Positions 47,319-56,370 of a DNA stretch of 64,000 bases are shown piece by piece. Numbering within the stretch: position 1 is the first letter of the stretch; every line of letters starts with the position of its first letter. Where the stretch lies: IMG/VR virus record IMGVR_UViG_3300030328_003747, positions 41,084-105,083 of that record, one strand, 5' to 3'. Position numbers and translations under genes: made by a program. Origin of the DNA: a virus. The notes beneath the pieces were generated by a model that saw only the letters and a list, made by a program, of their open reading frames with translations, did not search any database and was not told the origin of the DNA.

Positions 47319-48236
47319 ATGACGGAAGAAGTAAAAAAAGAAGAATTAGTTGAAGAGGGTGAAATCGTAGAGATTGAGTCTGAAGAAACTGAAAAAAACG
47401 AAGTCGATTCTGATCCTGTAGAAGAGGTTCAAGCTGAGGAGTCTAAAGAAAAAGAAGACGATCCTGAGCTTGAAGATTATTCTGAAAGGGTTAAGAAAAG
47501 AATATCAAATCTCACTCGCAGATTAAGAGAAGCAGAAAGAGCAAGCGAATCAGCTTACACTTATGCTAATCAAGTGCAAGCAGAGAATAAGCAACTACAA
47601 GAGAAAAGTGTTAACTCAGATAAATCATATTTATCTGAAGCTGAGACTAGACTCAAATCTCAAAAGGTTCAAGCTCAGGCTGCATTAAAAGCAGCTTATG
47701 AAGAGCAAGATTTTGATAAAGTAGGTAAAGCACAAGATATTATTGCTAAAATAGCGGTAGAAGAAAGTAAAATAGATGCTTCTAAATCGCAATTAGAATA
47801 TCAAAATGTTTTAAAAGAACAGCAAAATCAACAGGTTTTACAACAAAATTTTCAACCTCAAAATCAAGAATCACCACCACTTGATCCTAAACTTGAAAAC
47901 TGGATGGAAAAAAATGTTTGGTTTGGTACAGATGAGGATATGACTCTTTCAGCCATGAACACACATCGTAAGTTAGTTGAAGAAGAAGGGTTTGATCCTA
48001 GGACAGATGAGTATTATACTGAGATTGATAAAAGAATACGTACGGTTTTTCCACAAAATTTTAACGATGTTGAAGACGGTGGAAAAAAACCTGCACAAAG
48101 AGTTGCTTCGGCAGGTAGAGCAGATACATCTGCAGCGCCTACTAAGAAGCAAGTAAGATTATCGCCTTCTGAGGTTCAGATGGCTAAAAAACTAAACGTA
48201 CCATTAAATGAGTACGCTAAATTTGTAAAAAGGTAA
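47319..48236 (+). CDS. Capsid scaffolding protein (phage B)
   Basis: Acidic N-terminus, YSERVKKRI, NVWFG, DEYYTEIDKRI, MAKKLNVPLNEYAK. Confidence 0.8.
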   Translation: MTEEVKKEELVEEGEIVEIESEETEKNEVDSDPVEEVQAEESKEKEDDPELEDYSERVKKRISNLTRRLREAERASESAYTYANQVQAENKQLQEKSVNSDKSYLSEAETRLKSQKVQAQAALKAAYEEQDFDKVGKAQDIIAKIAVEESKIDASKSQLEYQNVLKEQQNQQVLQQNFQPQNQESPPLDPKLENWMEKNVWFGTDEDMTLSAMNTHRKLVEEEGFDPRTDEYYTEIDKRIRTVFPQNFNDVEDGGKKPAQRVASAGRADTSAAPTKKQVRLSPSEVQMAKKLNVPLNEYAKFVKR

Positions 48237-48238
48237 AT

Positions 48239-48724
48239 ATGAATAGAGATGAAAAGGGAAAATTTATAAAAGATAACAGAGTGTCCCGCTCTGCCGATAC
48301 ACGTGAAGCAAGTGATTCACGCAAACCTTGGGCTCCCCCAAGTATGTTAGAAACCCCACCAGCACCACCTGGATACGTCTATAGATGGATCAGGGCTGAA
48401 ATTTTGAATGCTGATGATAAAAAGAATGTTATGTCTAGGACGAGAGAAGGCTTTGAACTTGTCAGATCTGAAGAGATAGGAAGCTTTGAGTTACCAAGTA
48501 TTCAAGATGGTAAGCACGCAGGTGTAGTGTCAGTTGGCGGTTTATTATTAGCTAAGATTCCAGAGGAAACTAGAAACGAGCGTAACGCATACTATGAAAA
48601 TAGAACACAAACAGCACAAGATGCTGTTGACAACGACCTCATGAAAGAATCTGATGCTCGTTCTCCAATAATGTCCCCCAGGAGAACTTCAAGCGTAACG
48701 TTTGGGGGCGGTAAACGAAAATAA
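48239..48724 (+). CDS. Conserved head-module protein
   Basis: WAPPSML..PPAPPGYVYRWIR...REGFELV...VGGLLLAKIP. Confidence 0.7.
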   Translation: MNRDEKGKFIKDNRVSRSADTREASDSRKPWAPPSMLETPPAPPGYVYRWIRAEILNADDKKNVMSRTREGFELVRSEEIGSFELPSIQDGKHAGVVSVGGLLLAKIPEETRNERNAYYENRTQTAQDAVDNDLMKESDARSPIMSPRRTSSVTFGGGKRK

Positions 48725-48739
48725 ACATAAGGATTTATA

Positions 48740-49309
48740 ATGGCAAATAAAGATAAAGCCTTTGGGTTTAAACTAGTTGGGAGTTTATCAGGAGATAATT
48801 CTGGTAAAGTCACAGAATATAATATTGAATCTGGTTCAACCCAAGGTATATTCTCTGGAGATCCCGTTAAAATGTTAACAGGTGGTTACATTGATGTAGC
48901 TGACGCCGCTGGCGATGTTAAGATTTTAGGAATTTTTAGGGGATGTAAATACGTAGATGCAACATCGAAAGATGTGACGCATTCATCTTATTTCCCTGCT
49001 GCTCAAACAGCAACAGGAGATATTGTAGCATATGTGGAAGATAATCCATGGAACCTTTACGAAGTTCAATGTACAGGCTCTTTAGCTAGAACTGATATTG
49101 GTGCTAATGTAGACATCGCTTATACAGCAGGATCGACTCAAACAGGTCAATCTAACGCTGAAGTAGCGTCTTCATCAGCTTCTGGTACAGCTAACTATAG
49201 AATCGTAGGAGTCTCAAAAGACCCTGAAAACAACGAACTCGGCAGCGCTAATGTAAATGTGACCGTTCTTATTAACGAGCATGCTTACAAAATAGAGGCT
49301 GGAATATAA
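48740..49309 (+). CDS. Capsid decoration / minor capsid protein
   Basis: MANKDKAFGF, IFSGDPV, GIFRGC, VLINEH; directly before capsid gene. Confidence 0.7.
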   Translation: MANKDKAFGFKLVGSLSGDNSGKVTEYNIESGSTQGIFSGDPVKMLTGGYIDVADAAGDVKILGIFRGCKYVDATSKDVTHSSYFPAAQTATGDIVAYVEDNPWNLYEVQCTGSLARTDIGANVDIAYTAGSTQTGQSNAEVASSSASGTANYRIVGVSKDPENNELGSANVNVTVLINEHAYKIEAGI

Positions 49310-49321
49310 TAGGAGTAAATT

Positions 49322-50230
49322 ATGGCTATTAATAGAGCACAATTAGCAAAAGAATTAGAACCTGGCCTTAATGCTTTGTTCGGTATGGAATATGCTCGTT
49401 ACGATAATGAGCATGCTGAAATCTTTGATACAGAATCATCAGACAGAGCGTTTGAAGAAGAAGTAATGATCGTAGGTTTTGGTAACGCACCAGTAAAGCC
49501 TGAAGGCGAAGGAGTATCATTCGATAATTCAAATGAAGGGTTCACAGCAAGGTATGAGCATGAAACAATTGCTCTAGCATTTGCTTTAACTGAAGAAGCA
49601 GTTGAAGATAACTTGTATGACAGACTTGGTTCAAGATATACGAAAGCACTAGCTAGAAGTATGGCTAACACCAAGCAGATTAAAGCTGCAAGTATTCTTA
49701 ATAATGCTTTTTCAACTTCTCATAATGGCGGCGATGGCAAACCTTTAGTTGCTACTGACCACCCACTATCAGGTGGTGGTACTGGAGCAAACAGAGCAAG
49801 CACATTTGCTGATCTGAATGAGACTTCATTAGAAGATGCACTTATCAGAATCTCTACTCAAACTGATGACAGAGGTCTAGCAATTGCACTACAAGGATCA
49901 AAACTTATAGTGCCACCACAATTACAATTTGTGGCTGACAGACTTCTTAAGTCACCAGGAAGAGTTGGAACTTCTGATAATGATGTCAACTCAATCGTTA
50001 ATCAAGGAATGCTCCCTGAAGGTTATGTGGTAAACCATTACCTATCTGACCCAGATGCTTTCTTCATTAAGACTGATGTACCTGACGGTTTCAAACATTT
50101 TGTTAGAACACCAATGTCAACAGCACTTGAGGGTGATTTTGATACAGGTAATATGAGATACAAAGCTAGAGAGAGATACTCTTTTGGATTCTCAAACTGG
50201 AGATGTGTAGACGCTTCTCAAGGAGCATAA
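49322..50230 (+). CDS. Major capsid protein (phage B)
   Basis: MAINRAQLAKELEPGLNALFG, SDRAFEE, ALARSMANTKQ, GDFDTGNMRYKARERYSFG. Confidence 0.92.
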   Translation: MAINRAQLAKELEPGLNALFGMEYARYDNEHAEIFDTESSDRAFEEEVMIVGFGNAPVKPEGEGVSFDNSNEGFTARYEHETIALAFALTEEAVEDNLYDRLGSRYTKALARSMANTKQIKAASILNNAFSTSHNGGDGKPLVATDHPLSGGGTGANRASTFADLNETSLEDALIRISTQTDDRGLAIALQGSKLIVPPQLQFVADRLLKSPGRVGTSDNDVNSIVNQGMLPEGYVVNHYLSDPDAFFIKTDVPDGFKHFVRTPMSTALEGDFDTGNMRYKARERYSFGFSNWRCVDASQGA

Positions 50231-50244
50231 TACGCAATTCATTT

Positions 50245-50273
50245 AAGGGGGAGCTTCGGCTCCCCTTTTTTTT
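50245..50273 (+). terminator. Intrinsic terminator after capsid gene B
   Basis: GGGGAGC-TTCG-GCTCCCC-T8. Confidence 0.9.
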
Positions 50274-50300
50274 GACACTAGATACCTAAAGTAGTATATT
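50272..50300 (+). promoter_or_regulatory. Promoter with TAC-N5-GTA box
   Basis: TTGACA-17-TATATT; TACCTAAAGTA at 50283-50293. Confidence 0.65.
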
Positions 50301-50321
50301 ATTCATGTTACAAAAAGTAGC

Positions 50322-50759
50322 ATGAGTTATTTAGCAGATGTAAATGGACTTCCTACATCTTTATGTGGATCTCCTTGTATCGGAAGATGTAGCACAACTT
50401 GGGGCGACATACGTTGTAAAGGTTGTGGCAGGACGGAAGTAGAGATACGAGATTGGAATACCTATTCCCCTGTAGAAAAAAAATTAATAAACTTAAAAAA
50501 TTCTAAAAACTATAACATTAGGCAAAAATTTAATAATAGTTTTGATAAATTAGTGAATATAAATATGCAAAAAGAAGAAAAAATAAAAGAAATTGAAAAT
50601 AAGCTATTTTCTGTTAGATGTTTAATAGAAATGGTAGGAGCTGAATTTAGACATACTTTTGCAAATAACGAAGAAGCTAAAGAATCTTATGTAAAAGTAT
50701 GTGAATCTTTAGAATCTATAAAAGAAGCAAAAAAACTGTTACCAGTTGAAAACAAATAA
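50322..50759 (+). CDS. DUF1289-like Cys-rich (predicted Fe-S) protein with coiled-coil extension
   Basis: SPCIGRC...CKGCGRT..EIRDW. Confidence 0.75.
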   Translation: MSYLADVNGLPTSLCGSPCIGRCSTTWGDIRCKGCGRTEVEIRDWNTYSPVEKKLINLKNSKNYNIRQKFNNSFDKLVNINMQKEEKIKEIENKLFSVRCLIEMVGAEFRHTFANNEEAKESYVKVCESLESIKEAKKLLPVENK

Positions 50760-50836
50760 ACTCTATAATACACTTAACTAGTTAGTTAATGAGGCGCACT
50801 TAAGCGTTCCCATTTTTTTTAAGACAAGGAGTTCAT

Positions 50837-51553
50837 ATGGCTAACCCACATTTTCAAAATTTAATTTTATGGGCAGGTAATACTGTCGCAAGTAAATCTA
50901 AAAAAGATTTACCTATGTTTCAACCATATCCGTCAGATCAGACATATTATGGTTATTTTAATGATTTTATGACCTACAATTCAGGCGACTGGACTGTTAC
51001 CACAACAGAAGATGGTACAGGAAGCGCAACAGAAGCTGTAGGTAGTGTAGCAGGCGGAGCATTAGTTTTAACTAACGCTGCTGGCGATAATGACTTAGAC
51101 TTTTTACAATTAAAAGGCGAGGCATTTAAGCTATCAACAAGTAAAAGAGCATTTTTCTCTGCAAGATTTAAAGTTTCTGATGTAGACCAATCAGACTTTG
51201 TTATGGGTCTTGGTATTACAGATACATCACCACTTGATACAACAGATGGTGTATTCTTTATCTCAGCAGACGGTGATGCAGGTTTAGATTTCTTAATTGA
51301 AAAAGATAACACCAATACTTCTACAGAAGATGTAGCAACTATGGCTGACGATACTTTTATTACTGTAAGCTGGTATATAGATCCAGATGCTTCAAAAGTG
51401 TATTACTCAGTTAATAATGCAGAACCAGTAGGTGTAACAAATGCAAATTTACCTGATGATGAAGAATTAACAGTTTCATTTGGCATTCAAAACGGTGAAG
51501 CCGTTGCTAAAGTAATGACGATTGATTACGTTACTGTAATGGTGGAAAGATAA
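50837..51553 (+). CDS. Virion structural protein (beta-rich)
   Basis: Asp/Thr-rich; AAGGAG RBS; structural context. Confidence 0.6.
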   Translation: MANPHFQNLILWAGNTVASKSKKDLPMFQPYPSDQTYYGYFNDFMTYNSGDWTVTTTEDGTGSATEAVGSVAGGALVLTNAAGDNDLDFLQLKGEAFKLSTSKRAFFSARFKVSDVDQSDFVMGLGITDTSPLDTTDGVFFISADGDAGLDFLIEKDNTNTSTEDVATMADDTFITVSWYIDPDASKVYYSVNNAEPVGVTNANLPDDEELTVSFGIQNGEAVAKVMTIDYVTVMVER

Positions 51554-51852
51554 TGTCAGGAAGAATGACAGGTTCAGATGTAAAAACTGCTACTACGACT
51601 AGTACCGCTACTGGTGGTGTTAGTCTAGTAAGTGGTAGATCTAGGTTAAAAGGGTTTGTAATATCTGGGGGCGGTTCTGATGGGACTGTTACCTTTAGAG
51701 ATGGTTCGGCTTCAGGGAGCACTTTATTAATTGTTCCTTGTAATACGAACGTTACAGAAACTCTTACTATTCCAGATCAGGGTGTATTATTTGAGAGTGG
51801 GATTCACGCTACTTTAGCTAATTTAGATAGAGTAACGGTTTTTCATTCTTAA
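51553..51852 (+). CDS. Small virion protein
   Basis: SDVK...RSRLKG...IPDQGVLF motif. Confidence 0.6.
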   Translation: MSGRMTGSDVKTATTTSTATGGVSLVSGRSRLKGFVISGGGSDGTVTFRDGSASGSTLLIVPCNTNVTETLTIPDQGVLFESGIHATLANLDRVTVFHS

Positions 51853-52140
51853 ATGGCAACCCAAAATATTAGAAAAACAGTAGGCCGAGGTGGAAACTAT
51901 CGGTCTACTAAGTCTGGTGCTGGTATGACCAAAAAAGGTGTAGCTGCTTATCGCAGAAAAAACCCTGGGTCAAAATTAAAAACAGCAGTAACAGGCAAGG
52001 TAAAGAGAGGGAGCAAAGCTGAAAAAAGACGTAAGTCTTATTGTGCAAGGTCAGAAGGACAGTTAAAGCGTAGCTCTGCTAAAACAAGAAATAATCCTAA
52101 TTCTAGGATTAGGCAAGCAAGAAGAAGATGGAGATGTTAA
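51853..52140 (+). CDS. Very basic small protein
   Basis: GAGMTKKGVAAYRRKNPGSKLKTAV...RRKSYCARS...ARRRWRC. Confidence 0.7.
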   Translation: MATQNIRKTVGRGGNYRSTKSGAGMTKKGVAAYRRKNPGSKLKTAVTGKVKRGSKAEKRRKSYCARSEGQLKRSSAKTRNNPNSRIRQARRRWRC

Positions 52141-52141
52141 T

Positions 52142-52321
52142 ATGAGTTTTTGGGAAAAAGTTGGCAACTTCTTTGGCTGGGTTAAGGTTAGAAACCGTGA
52201 TGAAAACGGTAGATATATAGCTGATGATAAAACTACAGAAAAGAATGAAGCTTACACAATGGTACATAAAGATTTAGTAAAAAAACCAAAAAGAAAATAT
52301 ACCAAAAAAAAGGTTAAGTAG
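52142..52321 (+). CDS. Small basic protein (59 aa, not in track)
   Basis: RNRDENGRYIADD..T..NEAY motif, Lys-rich tail. Confidence 0.6.
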   Translation: MSFWEKVGNFFGWVKVRNRDENGRYIADDKTTEKNEAYTMVHKDLVKKPKRKYTKKKVK

Positions 52322-52587
52322 TGGCAATTACTAAAACAACAGCAGTTCAAAGAATTGAAGTGTATCCACCTATGGATACTTCTGCGGCTAATTCTTCTAA
52401 CGACAAACATGAAAGAGTTATGGTTGTTTATGAAGATACGCTTGATGATAGTAGTGATGCTGAATTACCAGTTACAGCTACAAGAGTTAAACATTTTAAA
52501 AAATATGTTTCTGATGGTGGGAGTGCAACAGATTACAGCGCAGAAAATGCTCTTGTAAAAACTGTTTGTGATGCAATCTGGAGTTAA
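52321..52587 (+). CDS. Small tail-fibre-associated-like protein
   Basis: MAITKT...RIEV...VKTVCDAIW. Confidence 0.55.
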   Translation: MAITKTTAVQRIEVYPPMDTSAANSSNDKHERVMVVYEDTLDDSSDAELPVTATRVKHFKKYVSDGGSATDYSAENALVKTVCDAIWS

Positions 52588-53016
52588 ATGTACGAATATA
52601 AATGTGAAGTAACTAGAGTTGTAGATGGAGATACTTGTGACTGTATTTTGGATCTAGGCTTTTCTATTTTACATAAATGTCGTGTACGTCTTTATGGTAT
52701 TGATACCCCTGAATCTAGGACAAGAGATTTAGATGAAAAAGCTAGAGGTAAATTAGCTTCTAAGTTTTTAAAAGAATCTATAGATGGTGGTAAAGAAATA
52801 GTGTTAAGAAGCGAACTAAAAGACTCTAAAGGTAAATACGGTAGAGTTTTGGGCAGTATTATTGTTGATGGTTTAGATATTAACAAAGCTATGGTTGCTC
52901 AAAATCTAGCAGTAAAATATTTTGGTCAAAGTAAAGATGATGTTGAAGCAGAACATTTAGCTAATAGGCAAAAATTAATAGAATCAGGTGCTTACGAACC
53001 AAATTCCGATATATAA
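52588..53016 (+). CDS. Thermonuclease (SNase-like) family protein
   Basis: VVDGDT, RLYGIDTPESRT, GKYGRVLG. Confidence 0.88.
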   Translation: MYEYKCEVTRVVDGDTCDCILDLGFSILHKCRVRLYGIDTPESRTRDLDEKARGKLASKFLKESIDGGKEIVLRSELKDSKGKYGRVLGSIIVDGLDINKAMVAQNLAVKYFGQSKDDVEAEHLANRQKLIESGAYEPNSDI

Positions 53017-53023
53017 TCAGAAT

Positions 53024-53128
53024 ATGTCTAAGGTAAAAAATCAAAAGAAAAAGAAGCCAAGTGGATTTATAGCTAAAGGGTGTGGTAAAGTAATGGATAA
53101 CCGTAGGAAGGTTACAACAATAAGGTAA
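53024..53128 (+). CDS. Small basic peptide (34 aa, not in track)
   Basis: MSKVKNQKKKKPSGFIAKGCGKVMDNRRKVTTIR. Confidence 0.55.
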   Translation: MSKVKNQKKKKPSGFIAKGCGKVMDNRRKVTTIR

Positions 53129-53130
53129 AT

Positions 53131-53313
53131 ATGTATAAAAAATCTAAAAATTCAAGCATGATGAAAAAGTCAAAAGGCGGAAGCATGATGAAAAAATCTA
53201 AGGGTGGAAGTATAATGAAGAAATCCAAAGGTGGAAGCATGATGAAAAAGTCAAAAGGCGGAAGTGTCATGATGGCAGGTAATGCTAATAGAAGAAGAAG
53301 TAAATATAAATAG
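53131..53313 (+). CDS. Basic tandem-repeat peptide (MMKKSKGGS)x4
   Basis: 27-nt tandem repeats with synonymous variation. Confidence 0.75.
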   Translation: MYKKSKNSSMMKKSKGGSMMKKSKGGSIMKKSKGGSMMKKSKGGSVMMAGNANRRRSKYK

Positions 53314-53987
53314 TGCCGAATTTAATAAGTAATATTCCACATTTTAAATGTTGGATTAGAAAGGAGTTTACACACAATCACGAAAAATATCATGATGAAT
53401 ATATACATGCTTTAGCTATAGCAGTTAATACAATTCCTGATAGATCTTTAAGTTTTCAAGTTGTATTTACAGGAGAAGAATCTAATTGTGAAGATAATGA
53501 TGAACCCAACGTACATGGTGGCGCTATGTGGGCTAGAATGCCTATTCAAGGTATGGTTGCAGATATTCCAATGGAAGATTTTCCTAAACCTATGGAAGAT
53601 CATTTAGCACAACCTTGGGATTGTGAGTCTAGAGATCATTCTGTAGTTGTAATAGATAGAGTTAGCTCATCTCCTTGGTTAGTAAAAATTGAGGGTAATT
53701 TTTATCAAGCAAAATATTTGTTTACTGTAGACTATACAAACAACAGTATTGCAGATGACCCTGCACAACACAAACAATCTCATGTATTATATATAACAGA
53801 GGATTGTAAATGGAAAGGTAATTTAGTTGCTTTGCCTAACAACAGAGTCCGAGCTACTAGCCCTGCTTTATGGGTTACTGGTGAGGGTGCTCCTGACTTT
53901 AAACCGTCGCAATGGGCACATTCTGCTGAAGGTCATGAAAGTTATCTAGATCCATCAATTACATTCGATAATTTATATGAAGAATAA
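53313..53987 (+). CDS. Conserved phage protein of unknown function
   Basis: LISNIPHFKCW, HGGAMWARMP, QPWDC, QHKQSHV, ALPNNRVR. Confidence 0.7.
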   Translation: MPNLISNIPHFKCWIRKEFTHNHEKYHDEYIHALAIAVNTIPDRSLSFQVVFTGEESNCEDNDEPNVHGGAMWARMPIQGMVADIPMEDFPKPMEDHLAQPWDCESRDHSVVVIDRVSSSPWLVKIEGNFYQAKYLFTVDYTNNSIADDPAQHKQSHVLYITEDCKWKGNLVALPNNRVRATSPALWVTGEGAPDFKPSQWAHSAEGHESYLDPSITFDNLYEE

Positions 53988-54658
53988 TGGCAGTATCAGG
54001 TAGTACAGATTTTACCCCAGACATAACAGAGTTTATAGAAGAAGCATATGAAAGGTGTGGTCTTGAACTTAGAACTGGATATGACTTAAAAACCGCTATT
54101 AGATCAGCTAACTTAATGTTATCTGAATGGGCAAATAGAGGGTTAAATCAATGGACAATATCTACAGGAACTCAGACTGTTACAGAAGGAACAAGTAGTT
54201 ATGCTTTGGGTACTGATGTAATTGATGTTCTAGACGTAGTTATTAGGAGAACGGTTAATGATAAAGTAACCGATATAAGGTTAGATAAGCTATCTAGAGC
54301 AGAATATTTTAATATCCCAAATAAATCTACAAAAGCAAAACCGTCTCAATACTTTTTAGATAAACAAACTAATCCAACAATTTATGTTTATCCATCCCCA
54401 GAAAATTCTACAGACATCATAAGATTTAACAAACTAACAAGACTAGATGATGCTGATGATGCTAAAAACACTATGGATATACCTTTTAGATTTTATCCTT
54501 GTTTTGCAGCAGGGTTGGCCTATTACCTAAGTTTGAAAAAAAATCCTGAACTATCTCCACAATTAAAAGCTATTTATGAAGAAGAATTTCTTAGAGCAGC
54601 TGATCAGGACGAAGATAGAGCTTCATTTAGAGTAAGACCTGGCTTAAGGGGGTACTAA
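53987..54658 (+). CDS. Head-tail adaptor (P22 gp4-like)
   Basis: IEEAYERCG...EWANRGLNQW...RFYPC..AGLAYY. Confidence 0.75.
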   Translation: MAVSGSTDFTPDITEFIEEAYERCGLELRTGYDLKTAIRSANLMLSEWANRGLNQWTISTGTQTVTEGTSSYALGTDVIDVLDVVIRRTVNDKVTDIRLDKLSRAEYFNIPNKSTKAKPSQYFLDKQTNPTIYVYPSPENSTDIIRFNKLTRLDDADDAKNTMDIPFRFYPCFAAGLAYYLSLKKNPELSPQLKAIYEEEFLRAADQDEDRASFRVRPGLRGY

Positions 54659-54963
54659 TGTCATATGCTAGCGCTAAGTTTGCAGTAGGTTTATGCGATA
54701 GATGTGGTTTCAAATACAAGTTATTAGAATTAAAAAAAGAGTGGAATGGGTTAAAAGTTTGTTCTGAATGCTACGAACCAAAACATAAACAACTTGAACC
54801 ATTTACACATGTATCTGATCCTGAAGCTATTTATGACCCAAGACCAAATACTGATGTAGAAGCAAATGATGGTAGAGTCTATACACCAACAGATATTATT
54901 GGTAGAACTTTTGAAGGATTTAAAATTACATCTGCGTTAGGAACAGTTACAATAACTATATGA
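54658..54963 (+). CDS. Zinc-finger protein
   Basis: CDRC...EWNG..VCSEC..PKH. Confidence 0.7.
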   Translation: MSYASAKFAVGLCDRCGFKYKLLELKKEWNGLKVCSECYEPKHKQLEPFTHVSDPEAIYDPRPNTDVEANDGRVYTPTDIIGRTFEGFKITSALGTVTITI

Positions 54964-55631
54964 CATTAACAGAATTAAAATCACTTATACAAGATTATTT
55001 ACAAAACTCAGAAACAACATTTGTTAATAATCTAAATGAAATTATTAAAAATGCTGAAGAAAGATTGTTTGAAGAAGTTGAATTTGATTTTTTTAGAAAG
55101 ACATCTACTGGCACATTAACAGCAGGAGATAAGTTTTATACAGCTCCTTCTGATTTTGTTTTAGCTTTTAGCTTTGCTGTCAAAGATTCTTCAGACGATT
55201 ACAATTATTTAATAAAAAAACATCCTTCTTTTATGCAGGAATATGATGTTGATCCTGCTGATTCTTCTAAAAGAGCATTACCGAAATATTATGCTGATTA
55301 CGATAAAGAATTAGCAACAGGCTCTGCTGGATCTACTTTAGTGATAGCTCCAGTACCAGACTCAAATTATACGGTTGAATTAAATTATCTATACAAACCA
55401 ACTAGCCTAACAAGTAATTCTTCAGGCACTTGGCTGTCTCAAAATGCTAGAAACGGTTTACTTTATGCTTGCTTATTAGAAGCCTATACTTTTATGAAAG
55501 GAGATCCAGATCTTTTGCAATTATACGAAACAAGATATAATCAAGAACTAGCTAGATTAAAAAATAGAGCTGAAGCAAGGGGTAGAAAGGATGAATATCG
55601 TTACGATTCTTTGCGTAAGCCAGTAACTTAA
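54960..55631 (+). CDS. Adaptor / tail-tube-like virion protein
   Basis: IQDY...NAEERL...APVPDSNY..EL.Y...LLYACLLEAY.FMKG. Confidence 0.7.
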   Translation: MTLTELKSLIQDYLQNSETTFVNNLNEIIKNAEERLFEEVEFDFFRKTSTGTLTAGDKFYTAPSDFVLAFSFAVKDSSDDYNYLIKKHPSFMQEYDVDPADSSKRALPKYYADYDKELATGSAGSTLVIAPVPDSNYTVELNYLYKPTSLTSNSSGTWLSQNARNGLLYACLLEAYTFMKGDPDLLQLYETRYNQELARLKNRAEARGRKDEYRYDSLRKPVT

Positions 55632-56362
55632 TGAAGGATATAAAATCACTTGAAGGCAAACATGTTGCAATTGTTGCTTTAGGAGCAAGTTGGCACGACT
55701 ATAATGTGGCTAAAAGCCACGGCGCTGATTTTGATGAAGTTTGGGCTATAAATTCTGTATCTTCAGTAATATTTCATGACAGAGTATTTATGCTTGATCC
55801 AGCTTCTAGATTTTTAGACTCAGATGATGCTGGCGGACAAACACCTTCGATGCGTAAAGTTTTAAAAACTCACAAGGGGCCAATTTATACATGCGAATTA
55901 GATGATAGATGTCCAGGTCTTGTTGAATACCCTATTAATGAAGTAATGAAAGCAGGCAAATCCTGTTATTTAAACAATACAGTTGCTTATGCGGTTGCAT
56001 TTGCCTATATGTGTAAGGTAGGTAAATTGTCTTTATATGGAGTTGATTACAGTTATAAAGGTAATCTACATTTTGCTGAACAAGGAAGAGGTTGTGTTGA
56101 GTATTGGTTAGCAAAATTAATCTCTCAAGGATGTAAAGTAGGTGTAGGTTCTTCTTCAACCCTATTAGATTCAAATGAATTAGCAGAAGACAAGTTATAC
56201 GGCTACCATCGTTTAGATGATCCTTTAATTGTTTTGCAAAACAAAGAGGGAGACTATATTGCGATGAAAGTAAGTGAATATAGTCAAAGAGCCGAGCCAG
56301 TACAAGAACCAAAAAAAGTAGTTCTTGGAAGACAAGACCCACCAGAACCAAAAAAGTGGTAG
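55631..56362 (+). CDS. Rossmann-like enzyme of unknown function
   Basis: KHVAIVALGAS, DEVWAINS, NNTVAYAVA, LYGVDY motifs. Confidence 0.5.
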   Translation: MKDIKSLEGKHVAIVALGASWHDYNVAKSHGADFDEVWAINSVSSVIFHDRVFMLDPASRFLDSDDAGGQTPSMRKVLKTHKGPIYTCELDDRCPGLVEYPINEVMKAGKSCYLNNTVAYAVAFAYMCKVGKLSLYGVDYSYKGNLHFAEQGRGCVEYWLAKLISQGCKVGVGSSSTLLDSNELAEDKLYGYHRLDDPLIVLQNKEGDYIAMKVSEYSQRAEPVQEPKKVVLGRQDPPEPKKW

Positions 56363-56370
56363 AATAAATT

